DNA from: Phaeosaccion multiseriatum
Taxonomy: Eukaryota; Protista; Ochrophyta, other classes
NCBI GenBank assembly: GCA_965112735.1
Contig: OZ218958.1
Coordinates: 1,178,001-1,242,000, forward strand
Direction: 5' to 3'
Length of the DNA stretch: 64,000 bases
Below the pieces are notes generated by a model. It had not been told where the DNA came from. It did not search any database and saw only the letters and a list, made by a program, of their open reading frames with translations. The position numbers were made by a program, and so were the translations under genes. Positions 1 through 13,100 of this stretch are shown one piece after another. Position 1 is the stretch's first letter, and every line of letters starts with the position of its first letter.

Positions 1-525
1 CTGTGAGCCGACAGCGCCCCTGCCAGTTGGGAGAGGAGGATAGCCACAGGGCTGGTGAACGAGAAGATGGCGATGGTGACAAGACCACCCCATGGCGTGC
101 CATCATCATCGCCGCCTGTGTGCCTCTGGCAGGAGTTTGTGGACAGCCAGGACCCCGGACCCCATCCAGAAGTATGACGACAGCACGCCTGGTCGTCTGG
201 GCTCTGGCTCCGCACGAGACCTAAGCATGCGGTCTTGGCCGAGGTGGGGGGCGGAGCCCCAGCCACGACTGGGCCCGGAGGGCGAGAAGTGGGATGGGGG
301 CGCGTTAGAAGCGGCCCTCAAACGCAACGGCGCCACCCCCGAGGAGGAGGAGGAGATAAAGCAAGAGCAGGTGAAGGAGTCAGTGCGTACGTGGGGGAGC
401 GAAGGAGGGAGTAAAATGGGCCAGTGACTGAGTGAGTTTGTGGAGGGAGAGTGAGTGAGTGAGTGCGTGCGTAAATTGAAAACTGAAACTGTAACCTTCC
501 GGATCGGATCGATCTAAAAAAAAAC

Positions 526-2872
526 ATGGCTTGCTTTTCAATGCTTGTGCTGCTGCTGCTGCTGCTGCTATCGCAGCTGCAGGGGCTGATGGCTGACAAG
601 TGCTCTGAGCTGTGCACGGGAATGCTCAGAGATTTGGAGAGCCACATCGCGGGGGCGTGCTCAAAGGTCAGAGGATCCGCAGCCGTTACAGCGATGGCTC
701 TTGCTGCTGCTGCCCGTGCGCTTCCGCCTTCCGCCTCCCTGATGTCCTTTACAATGCTTTTCCTTATCCTTCTTGACGCTTTCGCCCTGTCCTGCAGGCC
801 AAGAGAACACTGCCCAAGCCCAAGGTGTTTAATAGTTGCAAGGTACACAAAAAAAAGAGGAGTAGCAGCAGAGACAGTAGAGGCAGTGGAGGGAGTTTGA
901 CCGTGATCGATCGGACTGGTGTGAGCAATGCAGCGGCACATACAGTAGAAGCCGTGGAGGGGCTTTGCCCCTCCCACTCTGAGTGGAGCAGGGGTGTGGT
1001 AAGCCTCCTTTCCACATGTATTCTCGCTCTCATCTTCTCCTGCTCTCCCCTCTGTATTGTTTCTTCCGTCTGACCACAGAGCGGCTACACATGGGCATTT
1101 GAGGACATGTGCGAGGAGGCTTGTTTACTGCACGGGACCGGCAGACCGCCCCAGAGTGACGAGGTCCAGAGGTGTCGGGCGATGGACAGGGCCATGCCAA
1201 AGGTGAGGGAGGAGCTGCTCTACTCCACCAAGAAAGGCCCTCGCAGCCGAAGGTTGTTTTAGACCCACCTGCTACAGCTGCTCCACAATTTCCCTCGCCC
1301 TCCTCTCACCCACTAATGATACTCATGAACTCCCGTCCTGCTGGCCCTGCCCTCTGACTGCCACATTATCGCTTCACAGCCTGCCATGCATCAGTTTTGC
1401 TTGGACGGGTACCGCGCTGGTGCTGCCGAAACGCAGTCTCGCCTGAGTGGAGCCATCGGCAGCTTGCCTCCGGACGAGAGGGAGGCGCTCCTGAACAAGA
1501 ATCGGGCAGACTTAGGGACGTCAGCAGCGAGCCTCAACAGAGCCAACGATATGAGGAGGCAGGAGGAAGAGCGACAAAAGAAGCAGCAGCAAAAGAAGCA
1601 AGAAAAGAAGATGAAGGATGAGGGGGATAAGAGGCTGCGCGAAGCCAAGGCGAGGGAGAAGATGGAGGGCCCTACGCATCCGCAGGAGGAGGGAAATGGA
1701 CGGAGAGAGGCGGGAAAGCTGCAAGAGCTGAGGCGAAAAGACGAAGACCGGTTGTGGCAAAGGCAAGCGCAGGAGCTGGCAGCAGAGGAGAGGAGGAAGA
1801 AGAAGGAGAAGGAAGAGCAGGAGGCACGGCAGCAGCAAGAGCACGAAGAGCACCAGCACCTACCAGAGGAGCAAGGTCGCACTGCGGAGCAGAGAGAGGC
1901 ACTGCAGAAGAGAAAGCGTCTCGAAAGGCAGGAGGACCAACGCAAAAAGAAGATGGAACAGCTGCGGCAAGAGCAGGAGGGGCCCGGGGTGACAAGCACG
2001 GAGGACGGGGAGACTTTGCTCGGGGAGGTACACTCGTCGCTGGGGGTGGTGGTGGGGCAGGACGGAAAGCAAGGTGAGCAGCGATCCCACGCAAAGGAGG
2101 AGGAGAAGGAGGAGTATGGTGCCGGTCATGTGGGCAACGAGGGCTCACGTGATGAGGAAGTGGCGCTCCACCAGCAAGGGGCGGGGCATGGTGAGGCCCA
2201 CAAGTCTCCGACCGAGGAGCCGGAGGTGGAGGAGGAGGAGGTGGGAATGGAGGCAGAGCAGCAGCAGGAGGAGGAGGTGGAAGAGGCGAAGGATCAAGCG
2301 AAAGGGATGGGGGAGGTGGTGGTGGAGGACAAGGAGGAGGAGCATGAGGAGGAGAGGGCGCAGGAGAAAGGAGTAGAGGACGAAGAAAGCGCATCGACGC
2401 CGGACCAGGAGGGAAACGACAACGTGGAGGAGCATCAAGTAGTGGATGGAGGAAGAGGAAAGGCGGTAGACTCGGTGGCGGCGACACCGGGGGTAGAGGA
2501 GGCACGATGGGCTGAGGAGGAGGAGACGCTTTCAGACTTCGCAGCCTTGGAAGGCAGCAGTACCGTTGCCTCGGAGAGGAGAGGCCTACACGCTGTACGC
2601 AGCAGCCATACCGACCAAGTGGAAGAGGAGCATGGTGTTGAGAGCGTCAAGAGAGAGCACGAGGGCGCACAAGGGGCGAGAAAGCAATACCTGAGGCACA
2701 GGAGTCACGCGCGGATAGAGGCGCAGGAGAAGGAGGGGGAGGGGGAGGGCGAGGAGGGGACGCAGGTCGCTGTCGAAGAAGAAGGTCATCAGCAGCAGAC
2801 TGTGAATGCGGCGGCGAGAGACAATGGAGGGGAGAGCAAAAAGGGGGAGGACGGAAGGGCCGCTAGCGATCC

Positions 2873-2905
<33 letters not shown>

Positions 2906-3806
2906 GGAGCTGGAGTCAACGATACTACATGGTGAGGAGATGCAAGAGAGCGAGGGCATTGGAGGAGGAGTAGCAAGAGGAGGGAAGGGGGGCGGCGGCG
3001 GTGAGCACGACGTGAAGCACGCTCGTCCTCTTGTCGCCGGAGGGGGCGAGGCAGAGGTGGGCCTTGCTACTCTCGCGGCGGCTGGGGAGGACGAGGAGGC
3101 GGAGGAGAGGGAGGAGAGAGCTCGGGAAAAGGACGGGAGGCGTGGAGAGGACGAGCAGGGGGAGGAGGAGCAAGCGAAGGAGGAAGAAGCAGCAGCAGAA
3201 GAGGAAGACCGAGTAGCAAAAGAAGCGCAAGCAGCTGCAGAGCAAGCAGCAGATGAGGACGAACTGACGAAGCAAGCAGCAGTAACCAAGGAACAAGCAG
3301 CGTCCGAAGAGCAGGCAGCGGCAGACGAAGAGAAGGCAGCGACAGAAGAGGTAATCGTAGCCGCGGAAGAGGAGAACCCAGCGGCAGAAGAGCAAGCTGC
3401 CGCAGAGGAAGAAGCAGCCGCAGAAGCGCATGCCGCAGCGCAACTAGCAGCAGTCGAGGAGGAGTTGAGGAAGCAAGCAGCAGCCACGGAGCAAGCCTTA
3501 GCAGAACAAGCGCTGGAGCTGGCAGAGCAAGCAGCAGCCAAGGAACAACAGGAAAGAGCTGCGGCGGCTGCGATGGCGGCGGTGGTGGCCGAGGAGAAGG
3601 AGGAAGAGCGACGCTTGCAGGAGAGGAAGGAGAAGCGGCAAGAGAAGCTCGAGGCAGAGCGGCAAGCGAAGCTCATGAAGAAGCGTGAGAGGCTCCTCAA
3701 GGAGAGCGAGGACAAGCGCCGTAGAAAGGCACAAGCCATGACCACACCTTCCTCACCCTCACAGTCGGCGGCGGCTGTTGTATCACCAACTGCTGTTGTA
3801 TCAGCA

Positions 3807-3839
<33 letters not shown>

Positions 3840-4424
3840 ACCAATCCTGCTGCGTCTGAGGCAACGGAGACGGAGGCGGAAGAGGTCGGGGATGAGGCTC
3901 CCCCCTCTGCTCTTGCGGCCGCAGAGCTAAGCAAAGGCACAGAGAGGGGAGAACAGCTATTGAAGGGTGGGGAAGCGGCGCCCAAGGACGAAGGAGTGGA
4001 GGCAGCAACCCCTGGAGCAGCAGCAGTTGGTGATAGAGCAGCAATTGGCGACATGGCATCAGTACAAGAAGGGGTGGAGCTCGGCCGTACCGAGTCGCAG
4101 ACAGGTGGCGCACCGCGTGAGGCTGCGTCGACACAAGCTATCGCCCCTGTAGACTTGCTAGCGGGGGGTGAGAAGGAGAAGGGCGAGGGTGAGGGCACGA
4201 ACGGCGAAAGGGAAGGCGATGGAAGCCAGGGAGAAGTGGACATTGCTGCCCCTGTGCGCTTCCACATGCCTGTGACGGTCCAGGGCGTGGTGCACGAGTT
4301 GGCGATACGCGAGGGACAGTCCGACGCGGCGGCGGTGCGGAGCTTCTGTGAGGACAGCCTCAAGCAGCCCAGCGGCTGTGTGGATCAGCTCCTGGGGCTG
4401 GTGCAAGACATGCAGCGGCAATAA
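526..4424 (+). CDS. Putative secreted protein (~1,117 aa): signal peptide, Cys-rich LPKP/MPKP repeat module, very long Glu/Ala/Lys-rich coiled-coil/low-complexity region, small C-terminal Cys-containing domain. Exons 526-666, 798-842, 1080-1202, 1380-4424
   Basis: Three phase-0 GT-AG introns join [26 protein letters not shown]...GACSK | AKRTLPKPKVFNSCK | SGYTWAFEDMCEEAC...CRAMDRAMPK | PAMHQFCLDGY into the 1012-aa ORF 1386..4424. Hydrophobic N-terminus; twice-repeated C-x(n)-[LM]PKP-x5-C-x2-GY motif. Confidence 0.8.
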
Positions 4425-5500
4425 CACTCCGGAACAGCAGCAGCAGCAGCAGCAGCAGTTGGTGATACAGCAGCAGCCTAGGCCTGATAGGAGGGCCTGG
4501 TCTGGCCTGTTTGGGTGGAGGCTGTTTGGAGGCGTCGGAGATGACCATGGCCAGAGGGAGGAGGACAGAGAGGACGGAGAGGCAGGGAGGGGCAGCGCTG
4601 CGAGCAAAACAAAAGAGCAGCACTGACAGCCGCAGAAGCAGCAGCGAGCAGCACTTGCCCTACATACCCAGATGGCGACTACCTAACCTTCGTACCTTCA
4701 TGTCCTGGACTACCAACCCACACCTCGTCCCACCTCGTGGGGGTGGTGGGCTGACCAGGAGGAGAAGCCTGCAAGAGGCTCCAGAGGGACCGAAGACGGC
4801 TTGAGGGCTTGAGAGTTCAGTCTTCCCACCCCGAGAGAGGTCCGGTCCAAGGCAATGCAGGACCCGAGTCCCCCCGACCTGCTCTCCTAACATGCGCCTG
4901 TGTCACTACCCCCACGGAGCCCGATGTCTTTGCTTGCGGAGGCCTCCGCTGCTTTTGGAGGCCTACGGAGGCCTCCGTACTTCAGCAAGGGGATGGGGTG
5001 GGATGGGATGCATGTTCGTCATGAAGTCCCGTTTCGCCTTCGCTGGACATGGCGAGTTGACCCCACTGAAGTCTCCTGACGTTGTCAGGAGGCCGTGAGT
5101 GTGGGTGCGTGTGCGTGGCAAGACATGTGCAGAGCATTGTATTCCTTGCTGCCCTAAATTGTATACAAGGATGTACACTCTCTCACTCTAACGATCCCAG
5201 CGAGACAAGCTCCTGGAAGTGTGTTTCTGTGTTCGAGGAGAGAGCATCTCGAAAGCGAGCGAGTGGGCGACTGGTGCAACCTTTTGAGCAGCTGCAGCAG
5301 CAGAAGCAAGGTCGAGATATTTGTGCATTGTCTCTTCTCGCAAATCGTCCCCAAACTAAAGCTCAATGGCGTGACGAAAAGCAAGAGTCTCCATCGCCGA
5401 GACGACGCAAGAGAAAGGACCGCCAGAAGCGCCGCGTTCTTGCCTTGTTCGCTCCTTTTGCCCCGAGCTTTCTTGTGTTCCTCTGTTCCGGCAGCGCGTC

Positions 5501-7321
5501 TCAGGCCGGCGGAGAAAAGCCCAATGCGTGTAGTCCCGTACCATGCCCCCACTCTCCAAGCTGCTCTTCGCCTTGCTGTTGATCCTCCTCCTCCTCCTCC
5601 TCCTCCTCCTCCTCCTCCTCCTCCTCCTCCTCCTCCTCCTCCTCCTCGCCTGCTGCTGACATGCGCTCTGCCATGTTTGTCAAGCAGCTCTGCGAAAGAC
5701 GCGAGCCCCTTCCCCTCTGTCCGAGCGGCCACTTTCCCTCGTCGACACCGAACACAGTACGATCGCAGTGGCGCATCACCCCATGCACACTGAGCGAGTC
5801 CAGAACCCGTTCCTGCTCCTCCAAAATGTGCTCCATGGCCCGGTGCCCCCAAGTTTCCCCTCGCGCCCAAGCCATTGCCCGCACCGCCGACGCCCCGACG
5901 ACGAGGAGCCGCTGCACAATGTCACTGTAGCCACTCAAGGCCGCTAGCGCCAGCGGCCCCGGCGCCGGCGCCAGCAGCTCTCTGCTTGCCCCGCCCTCCA
6001 CCTCGAGTGCTGCTCCTGCCTCAAGGAGAAAGTCCATCACTGCCACATTCCCCGTGGCACAGGCGAAGGCGAGGGGCGTATCCTCGGGAGCATTGGGGGG
6101 TGTCGAGTTCACATTAGCACCCGCGGAGAGAAGCGTGGAGGCGACCGTCAATCGTCGCCGTTCACAAGCGCGCGCGAAGGGAGTTTTCCCCACCAAGTCT
6201 CTGGCATCCACCTCAACCCCTCCAGCTAGGAGCTCCTTCACCACTCCGTGGTGCCCCAGACGTGAGCTCACGTGCAATAGAGTCCCACCGGTGGCGGCGT
6301 GTCTAAAGTCGAGCGCAGCTTTTGCTGATATCAGGAGCTTCACAACGCCTGCGTGACCCTCGTCGCACGCCAAGGTCATCGCGGTGGAAGGGCCGTGAGA
6401 TGCCGCAGCTGCAGTGAGACCGGCAGGGAGGTCGACCTGTGCACCGCCTTGCACAAGTAGCGCTTCCACCACCCCTGTGTGCCCCGCCATCGACGCGCCG
6501 TGCAGAGCATTGTATCCACTCCCCGCCATGAATGTGTCCACAGCCGCCCCAGCTCGAAGCAGCTCCCCCACCACTTTGGTGTGACCCCGTCTCGACGCCA
6601 CGTAGAGAGGAGTGTCGCCTGCTGAGTTCAGTCCGTCGACGAGTTGTGGCCGAAAGGAGAGCAACACTTGTACAACGTCGGAGTGTCCGTTGTAGGCTGC
6701 TTCGAAGAGAGGCTTGAATGGACCCCTGTCGAGTGATGCCCCCGCTCGAAGCAGAACCTTCACCACCGAATCAAACCCCTTCCGAGCTGCCCCGACGAGC
6801 GGCGTAATGTTCCCCGCCATGGTCCCTTTTCCTTCATCAACAGGCGCGTCTGCGGCCAGAAGCTGCTCCGCCACGCCAACGTGCCCTCGCTGGCAAGCGA
6901 GGAACAAGGGCGTAGCGTGATGGTCTGGCAGCCCCGATGAGATGAGCACTGAGCAGCCCTTGTGCAGCAGGAGGGGAACTAGAGACTCCCTCCCTGTGAC
7001 TGCTGCCAAGCCCAGAGCGTGGTGACCGTCCGCTGAGATGGGCTCGTTCAACCGCGCGTACCCCCCACCACCGCCCTCCTTGGCGAGGAGAGCCGTGATC
7101 GCCGCGTCGACTCTCTGTGGGCTGTCTCTGTCCCGAATGAATGCACTGAGTTGCTTGGCCTGCGAAACAAGTAAGCGAGGAGCATCAGAGGAAGGGCGCA
7201 CGTCGTCCTGAGAAGGCGCTTGTCCAAGGGAGGAGCGGGAACAATCGAACCTCATCTATAGTACCGCTCTCACCTCACTGCTGCGGCTGCAGCTTCTGAT
7301 TCGTTCGTAGATGGCGTCCAT
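5501..7321 (-). CDS. Ankyrin repeat protein (~11-12 repeats) with C-terminal poly-Glu tract. Exons 7321-7274 and 7207-5501
   Basis: Repeated TPL-x-A...G-H...V-x-x-LL-x-x-GA motifs (TPLFLACQRGHVGVAEQLL, TPLYVASRRGHTKVVGELLRAGA, etc.). A 66-nt phase-0 intron (GAG|gtgaga...ctcag|GAC) joins MDAIYERIRSCSRSSE to the long ORF and removes the TAG at 7258-7256. Confidence 0.88.
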
Positions 7322-7836
7322 GGTGGCTGTGTTTCTCTCTTGGCTATGGATAGAGGGCTTTCGACTTGCCGTTGACATAAAAGGGCATAAAGGGGCAGTG
7401 GTGATTCTTTGCCCGCAAGAGAAACCCCGGGGGGGGGGGGGGGGGCAGGGGTCCCCGGAAATGGCGGGAACGAGACGGGCCTCTTTATCTTCTCTCTCTC
7501 TCTCCGTGCTACTACTAGTTGCTTCTCTTAACTTAAGACGATGCAACACAAGGGACGCGGAGGGATGGGGTAGGGTTTGGTCCTTTTGTGTGTCTGTGTC
7601 CAGTCAGTTGTAAGCTCACATATTATTATATATATATTAAGGTCATGGCATGAAGCGAGGGAGCCTCCTGATCCTGTGGTACCCTTCCTGCCAGCTGGCA
7701 CCTAACACCTGGCATCTGAAACCTGACACCTTGCACTTGACATCCCCCCCTCTCCAGCTCTCTCTCTCTCTCTAGTAGCTGACAGCGAGCTGACACTAGC
7801 TCCACCTTCCCTCCTTAGCCACTCTCCCCCGTAGCT

Positions 7837-10115
7837 CTATCCCTCGTCCTGCATTAGCACCGCAGTGCCCGTAAGGACCCACTTGGAGGTAGGATCCACC
7901 GTCTTGAGCGTCGCCAAGAACACATACGTAGGGCCCCGGAAGGCCGTAATGTACACCGGTGCCTCGTAAATATCCTCCCGATGGCGCAGATAACCCACCG
8001 ACGAAGGCTCCCACGTAGGCTGCACCACCACGGCCTTGACGTACACAACCGGCAGCATGGGCAAGAGCTCCTTGAGCCTCGAGTCGATGAGGTTTCCGGC
8101 GCAGGGTGTTCCCTCAAGGTCTTCCACATCCCCAATCTCATCGCCCGCGGTCCAGCGAGCCCCCTCGATAAAGAGGCCGAACACAAAGGCGCCATCTGTG
8201 GGGATGTAATCCGCTTGCTTGGCATCTGTGAAGGTAGTCACATGTGTCTCCGTGGTCATCTTGTCGAGTGGCAGGCCCGTAGACCGAGCCGTCACCTGCA
8301 TAATGGCGGTGAGGTAGGCCGTGGGGTTGAAGAGGCCCGGGAGCCACAGACAGGTGGGGACCTTGAGTTCTTCGATCCACTCGTTGAGCTGGTCGATACG
8401 CTTGCACATGTCGAGGAACTGACTCAGCAGGTTCTTCTTGGAAGGCCAGGCCAGCGTCTCCCATTGACACTGAGCAAAGGGGTTGCGTCCAGGCCATTGG
8501 TTCAACATAAACGCCGTCGCCAAATCCTCCATGCTCTGAGACATGTTGAGCTGTCCCTTGAGGCCCTTGTCCAACTCGAGCAGAGAGCGTCGCATCTCTC
8601 CCAGCAGAGCGTTCATACGCGAGCACTCCTGCAGGGCCACGACGACAAAGGGACCCGACTCGCCCTCCAACAGCTCCTTGGCGGCCATTTGTAACTGTAG
8701 CATACCAAAGTCCTCTGGTAGACGCTCTAGTAAGTCAGTCATGGTGTCCTTTACAATACTGCCGGGGCCTCCACCTCCTCCACCCGAGCCGCCCGAGATG
8801 TTGAGGATGGTGGTGAAGAGAGCCTCGCAGCTGTTGGTCAGGTAACCGATTTCCGCGTTGGGGTGGAGACCGAATTGGGGGGGGCTCTCGGCGGGGAGCA
8901 GTTCGTCGACGTGTGTGATGAAACCGTCCATGTCCAGCTGCGGAGAGGGGCACTTGAAGCCAGGGCCGAGCTCCATGGCTGAGAAGAGACCTTCGTTGAA
9001 CAGCACCTGAAAGGGAGTGGGTGGGTGGTTGGGTGGGTGGGTGAAGTGAGAGGGGTTGAGTGAGGGAGTCGGGTTGCTCGTTGGTGGGTGACCGGACAGT
9101 GGGCAAGCGAATGGAGAACGGATCACAACCTCCTACTTGACTGACTCATTGACTGACTGACCGACCGACCGACACATCGATGGACACACCGACTGACCGA
9201 CAAACCCGACCGAGCGACTAACTAGCGTAACTGACTGACTGACTGACTGACTGACTGACTGACTGACTGACTGACTGACTGACTGACTGACTGACTGACT
9301 GACTGACTGACTGACTGACCTCAAGATAGGTGTTGTTGGTGCGACGGTCCCACGCATCTGTAATGTGCCCTCCGTACATAATCTCCCCGAAAATGTAACG
9401 TAAGTCATCCCACGGCACCTCCGGATTGGCGTTGAGATAGGCCACCAGCACGTTACCACAAATGGTCAGATCACCCGTGTTAAACGAGTATGGCCGACTC
9501 CAACCCTGCTGTCCGAAGCGGCGTCGACCGAGCACAATGGAGTGGAACCAACACAGGCTAAACAGACAAGCCTTCATCTCTAAAGGCTTGGTGCAGGAAT
9601 CAACCTTGTCTTGGCCAAAGTTCGCCCAGGCCCTCTTGAGGTTGGACTTGATGTCGGCCGGCGCCTCGTTGGCCACCTTGATGCACGACTGCATCAGCGA
9701 CTCCGGCATGTTCTTCATAGAGGGCATGGGGGGAGGCTCGGCCGAGATGAAGCAGCGGAAGTTCTCGTGCGCACCCGCCTCCCCCACCACTTCGAGCAGC
9801 CGCTCCAACTGCGGCACCCAGCTCTGCATCAAGTGACAGTTTTGTAGCATGACCCAACCACCATCCTTGGCATATGTCTCCACCACTGCCTCGGCCGGTT
9901 TCTCCTGACCCTGCCCCATGGAGATGTTCTTGAACGTGCCGGCCTCCGTGCTGATGCCTAGAGTCTTACCCAAGTCTTCTACCCAGGGGGTGGGGTCCAC
10001 ACCGGGGAAGAGCACGAAGAAGATGGGGGTGGCGTTGCTCGTTTCGACGTACGTTTCCTTCATGTTGAAGGGCCCTTGGAACACGTATTTCTCACCCATC
10101 ACCTGCCACACGGTC

Positions 10116-10168
<53 letters not shown>

Positions 10169-13100
10169 TGTGTGTGTGTGTGCGCAAAGAGAGAGAAAGG
10201 AGAGTTCGTTAGACACTGGAGGCCGGGCCCGCCTTCGGGACAAACACGGGAATGCCATCCTTTCCTTTGCACCCACTTATCCCTCCCAATTGCTCACTCA
10301 CTCACGTACTCACTCACTCACGTACTCACTCACTCACTCACTCACTCACTCACTCACTCACTCACTCACTCACTCACTCACTCACTCACTCACCCACTCA
10401 CTCACTCACTCACTCACTCACTCACTCACTCACTCACTCACTCACTCACTCACACACTCACTCACTCACTCACTCACTCACTCCCTCATTCCCTCACTCA
10501 CTCACTCACTCACTCACTCACTCACTCACTCACTCACTCACTCACTCACTCACTCACTCACTCACTCACTCACTCACTCACTCACTCATTCACTCCCTCC
10601 CTCCCTCCCTCCCTCCCTCCCTCCCTCCCTCCCTCCCTCCCTCCCTCCCTCCCTCCCTCCCTCCCTCCCTCCCTCCCTCCCTCCCTCCCTCCCTCCCTCC
10701 CTCCCTCCCTCCCTCCCTCCCTCCCTTCCTCCCTCCCTCCCTCCCTCACCTTGCTGATCCAAGTAGCAAGAGCCGTGCTGACTCGGTCCGGCCGCATTGC
10801 TCTCAGCAGAATGAGGCGCTGCAGCGGTGTCAAACTCTTCTCCCAATCGCCGGGGAGCTTGGCCTTCTCCGCCTTCTCATCATCAAACCACGCCATCCAG
10901 TCATCCGCATCCGCCTGCATGCTATTGCCGAGGCTGGCAAACTTCTTGAGCCCCTCCAAGGCCTTAATCTTGGGCCAGATGGCCGCGGGCATCCACTCCT
11001 CCAACGTCGCCATGTTGCCAGGGTCAAGGCTGATTTTGGACATGATTAAGAAGTCGACTTCCTCTTGCAGCAACAGCCCGTCGTTCACCGCAATTTGCAG
11101 TGTGAGCATGGTGGCCACGATGAGCTTGTCGCGCTCAAACAGACCTCGACGGACGTAGTTGAACACCGTCATGGTGATGGAGTCAATGAGCGTGGTGCAT
11201 CGCGCCTTCATCTCCTCGTCCGTCAGATCTGCGATGGCACCCGTCGCGGCTGCTCCTCCTGCTCCCGCGGCTCCATCTGTCCCCGCGGCCGAGGCTCCTC
11301 CTTCGGCACCTTCCGCTGCCGCCGCCCCCTCTCCCTCCGCGCCATCCGCTGCGGCGTCTGCGCCTCCCTCCCCTGCTCCTTCCGCCGCCTCAGCCCCTTC
11401 CTCGGCCTTGTCGCCCTCCTCCCCACCCTCGCCCCCCTCCTTCGCAGCCTCGCCATCCTCGTCCTCCTCCTCGTCCTCCTCCTCCTCCTCCCCGGCCGTC
11501 TTGAGCAGCTTGGAGACGGCGTCGATGCCCTGGTAGAAGACCTTTGTGAAGGCCGCCAGCGAGTAGATGTAGTACGTGTGAACCTTGGCGAGGTCATTCA
11601 TGAGGAAGAACAGCAGCGATGACCTGGCGTGCCATAGGGTGCCATAGAGGGTGGCATGGTGGGGGAGTGTGGAAGTACCGTGAGTGCCCGTGTAAGGCGA
11701 GGATGTGTGTGTGCGTGTGCGTGCGTGTGTGCGGACGTACACGTGTGTGTGTTGGCAGAGAAAAGGGGTGGGTATGACACTGGAACGCGATAGACGGCCC
11801 CAGGGCCGGCCATCATGACATGCATAAGTCCTCCCTCCCTCCCTCCCTCCCTCCCTCCCTCCCTCCCTCCCTCCCTCCCTCCCTCCCTCCCTCCCTCCCT
11901 CCCTCCCTCCCTCCCTCCCTCCCTCCCTCCGTAACCTACCTGTTGGCAACGGGCCTGTACTTCTCACTCGTGGCAGCGATGCTCTCCTGCGTTTCCTTCG
12001 CAAGCTCACTCTTCTGATGAATGTCGGTCGCAATCCGCTTCGTCTCTTCGAGCCCCTCAATCAACTCTACATCCTCCGTAATGTCCCCCTCCGCCGTCGC
12101 CAGCTTGTAAAGAATATTATCCTCCAACTCCTTCATCTTAATCTTGAAGCCGTTCTGCTGCTGAATCAATTCCTCATTCAAATCAGCAAGGTCCGGTCGC
12201 TCCTTCCTCACCACCAAGTTAAGCAGTTGGTCCTCCAACCCGCCCCTCGTGACGGTAAAGTTCACCAGCGTACACTCCGCTTGAATTTCAGGTGGATAGT
12301 GCGGATTGCTGAGCTTGGTGTGTAAAAATAGCCGGAACTCGGGATGGAACTCGGCCTCGCTGTCACCAAGCTTGATGTACATCTTGCGACCTCGTACGAT
12401 GACTGCTCTCTGAATGACGGGATTGAGCACGGCCTCGATGCTCTCACCGAGATTCTCGATGAGGATGGAATGCCCATTCTCCAATGCGCGCTCCAGCTTT
12501 TGAAGCATGCCTTGAAGGGGAGGAAGAAGGGAGGGAGGAAAGAGAGAGCGGACAAGTGGTTGAGTATGCGTGTGTGTGCGTGTGTGTGCGTGTGTGTGCG
12601 TGTGCGTGTGTGCACGTCCGTGTACGCAGTAGCAGCAGCAGCAGCAGCAGCAGCTCCTCCTCCTCATCATCGTCGCCGTCGTCATCATATGACTCTTCCC
12701 CACCCACCCACCCACCCACCTGGCTGACCGAGTCGCACGATCTCGAGGTTTCTCTCTGGCCCCGACTCCTTCTGCTTAATCCAACGAATCCCCTGCAGCT
12801 GTGGATCGATAATGAGCGGCCAGCGGCTGCTCGACACCACAATGCTTCCATTCTCCGTACTAACGCTATCACTCGGCAGCCCATCGGAGTTCCACAGCGC
12901 AATCTCAGCGTCGGTCGTGAGGATACGGATGGGGTCAGGCTCTTCGGACATTGGCAACGCGCCTTCCTCTCCGACGGCTTCACGGAAGGTCTTGTGTAGG
13001 AAGGGGAGGAATTCCTCCTTCATTAGCTTATCACGGAAGGGTTTGGTGAAGGGCCCGACGTAACTGATGAAGGCACTTGCCAGCAATACGTCACCTGTCC

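Noticed and set aside
1-427. Possible gene fragment at the left edge
   Set aside because: Short open frames on both strands without recognisable motifs. Strand and frame cannot be determined from this window.
2789-4363. 524-aa antisense ORF
   Set aside because: Shadow of the Glu/Ala-rich coding strand; Ser/Ala low complexity with no independent signal.
4425-5500. Small ORFs between the convergent first gene and ankyrin gene
   Set aside because: No recognisable domain or consistent splice model; probably UTR/intergenic.
7256-7549. Possible TAG read-through or alternative genetic code joining ORF 7549-7256 to the ankyrin ORF
   Set aside because: A canonical 66-nt phase-0 intron (7273-7208) removes the stop. 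Other genes end normally at TAA/TAG/TGA.
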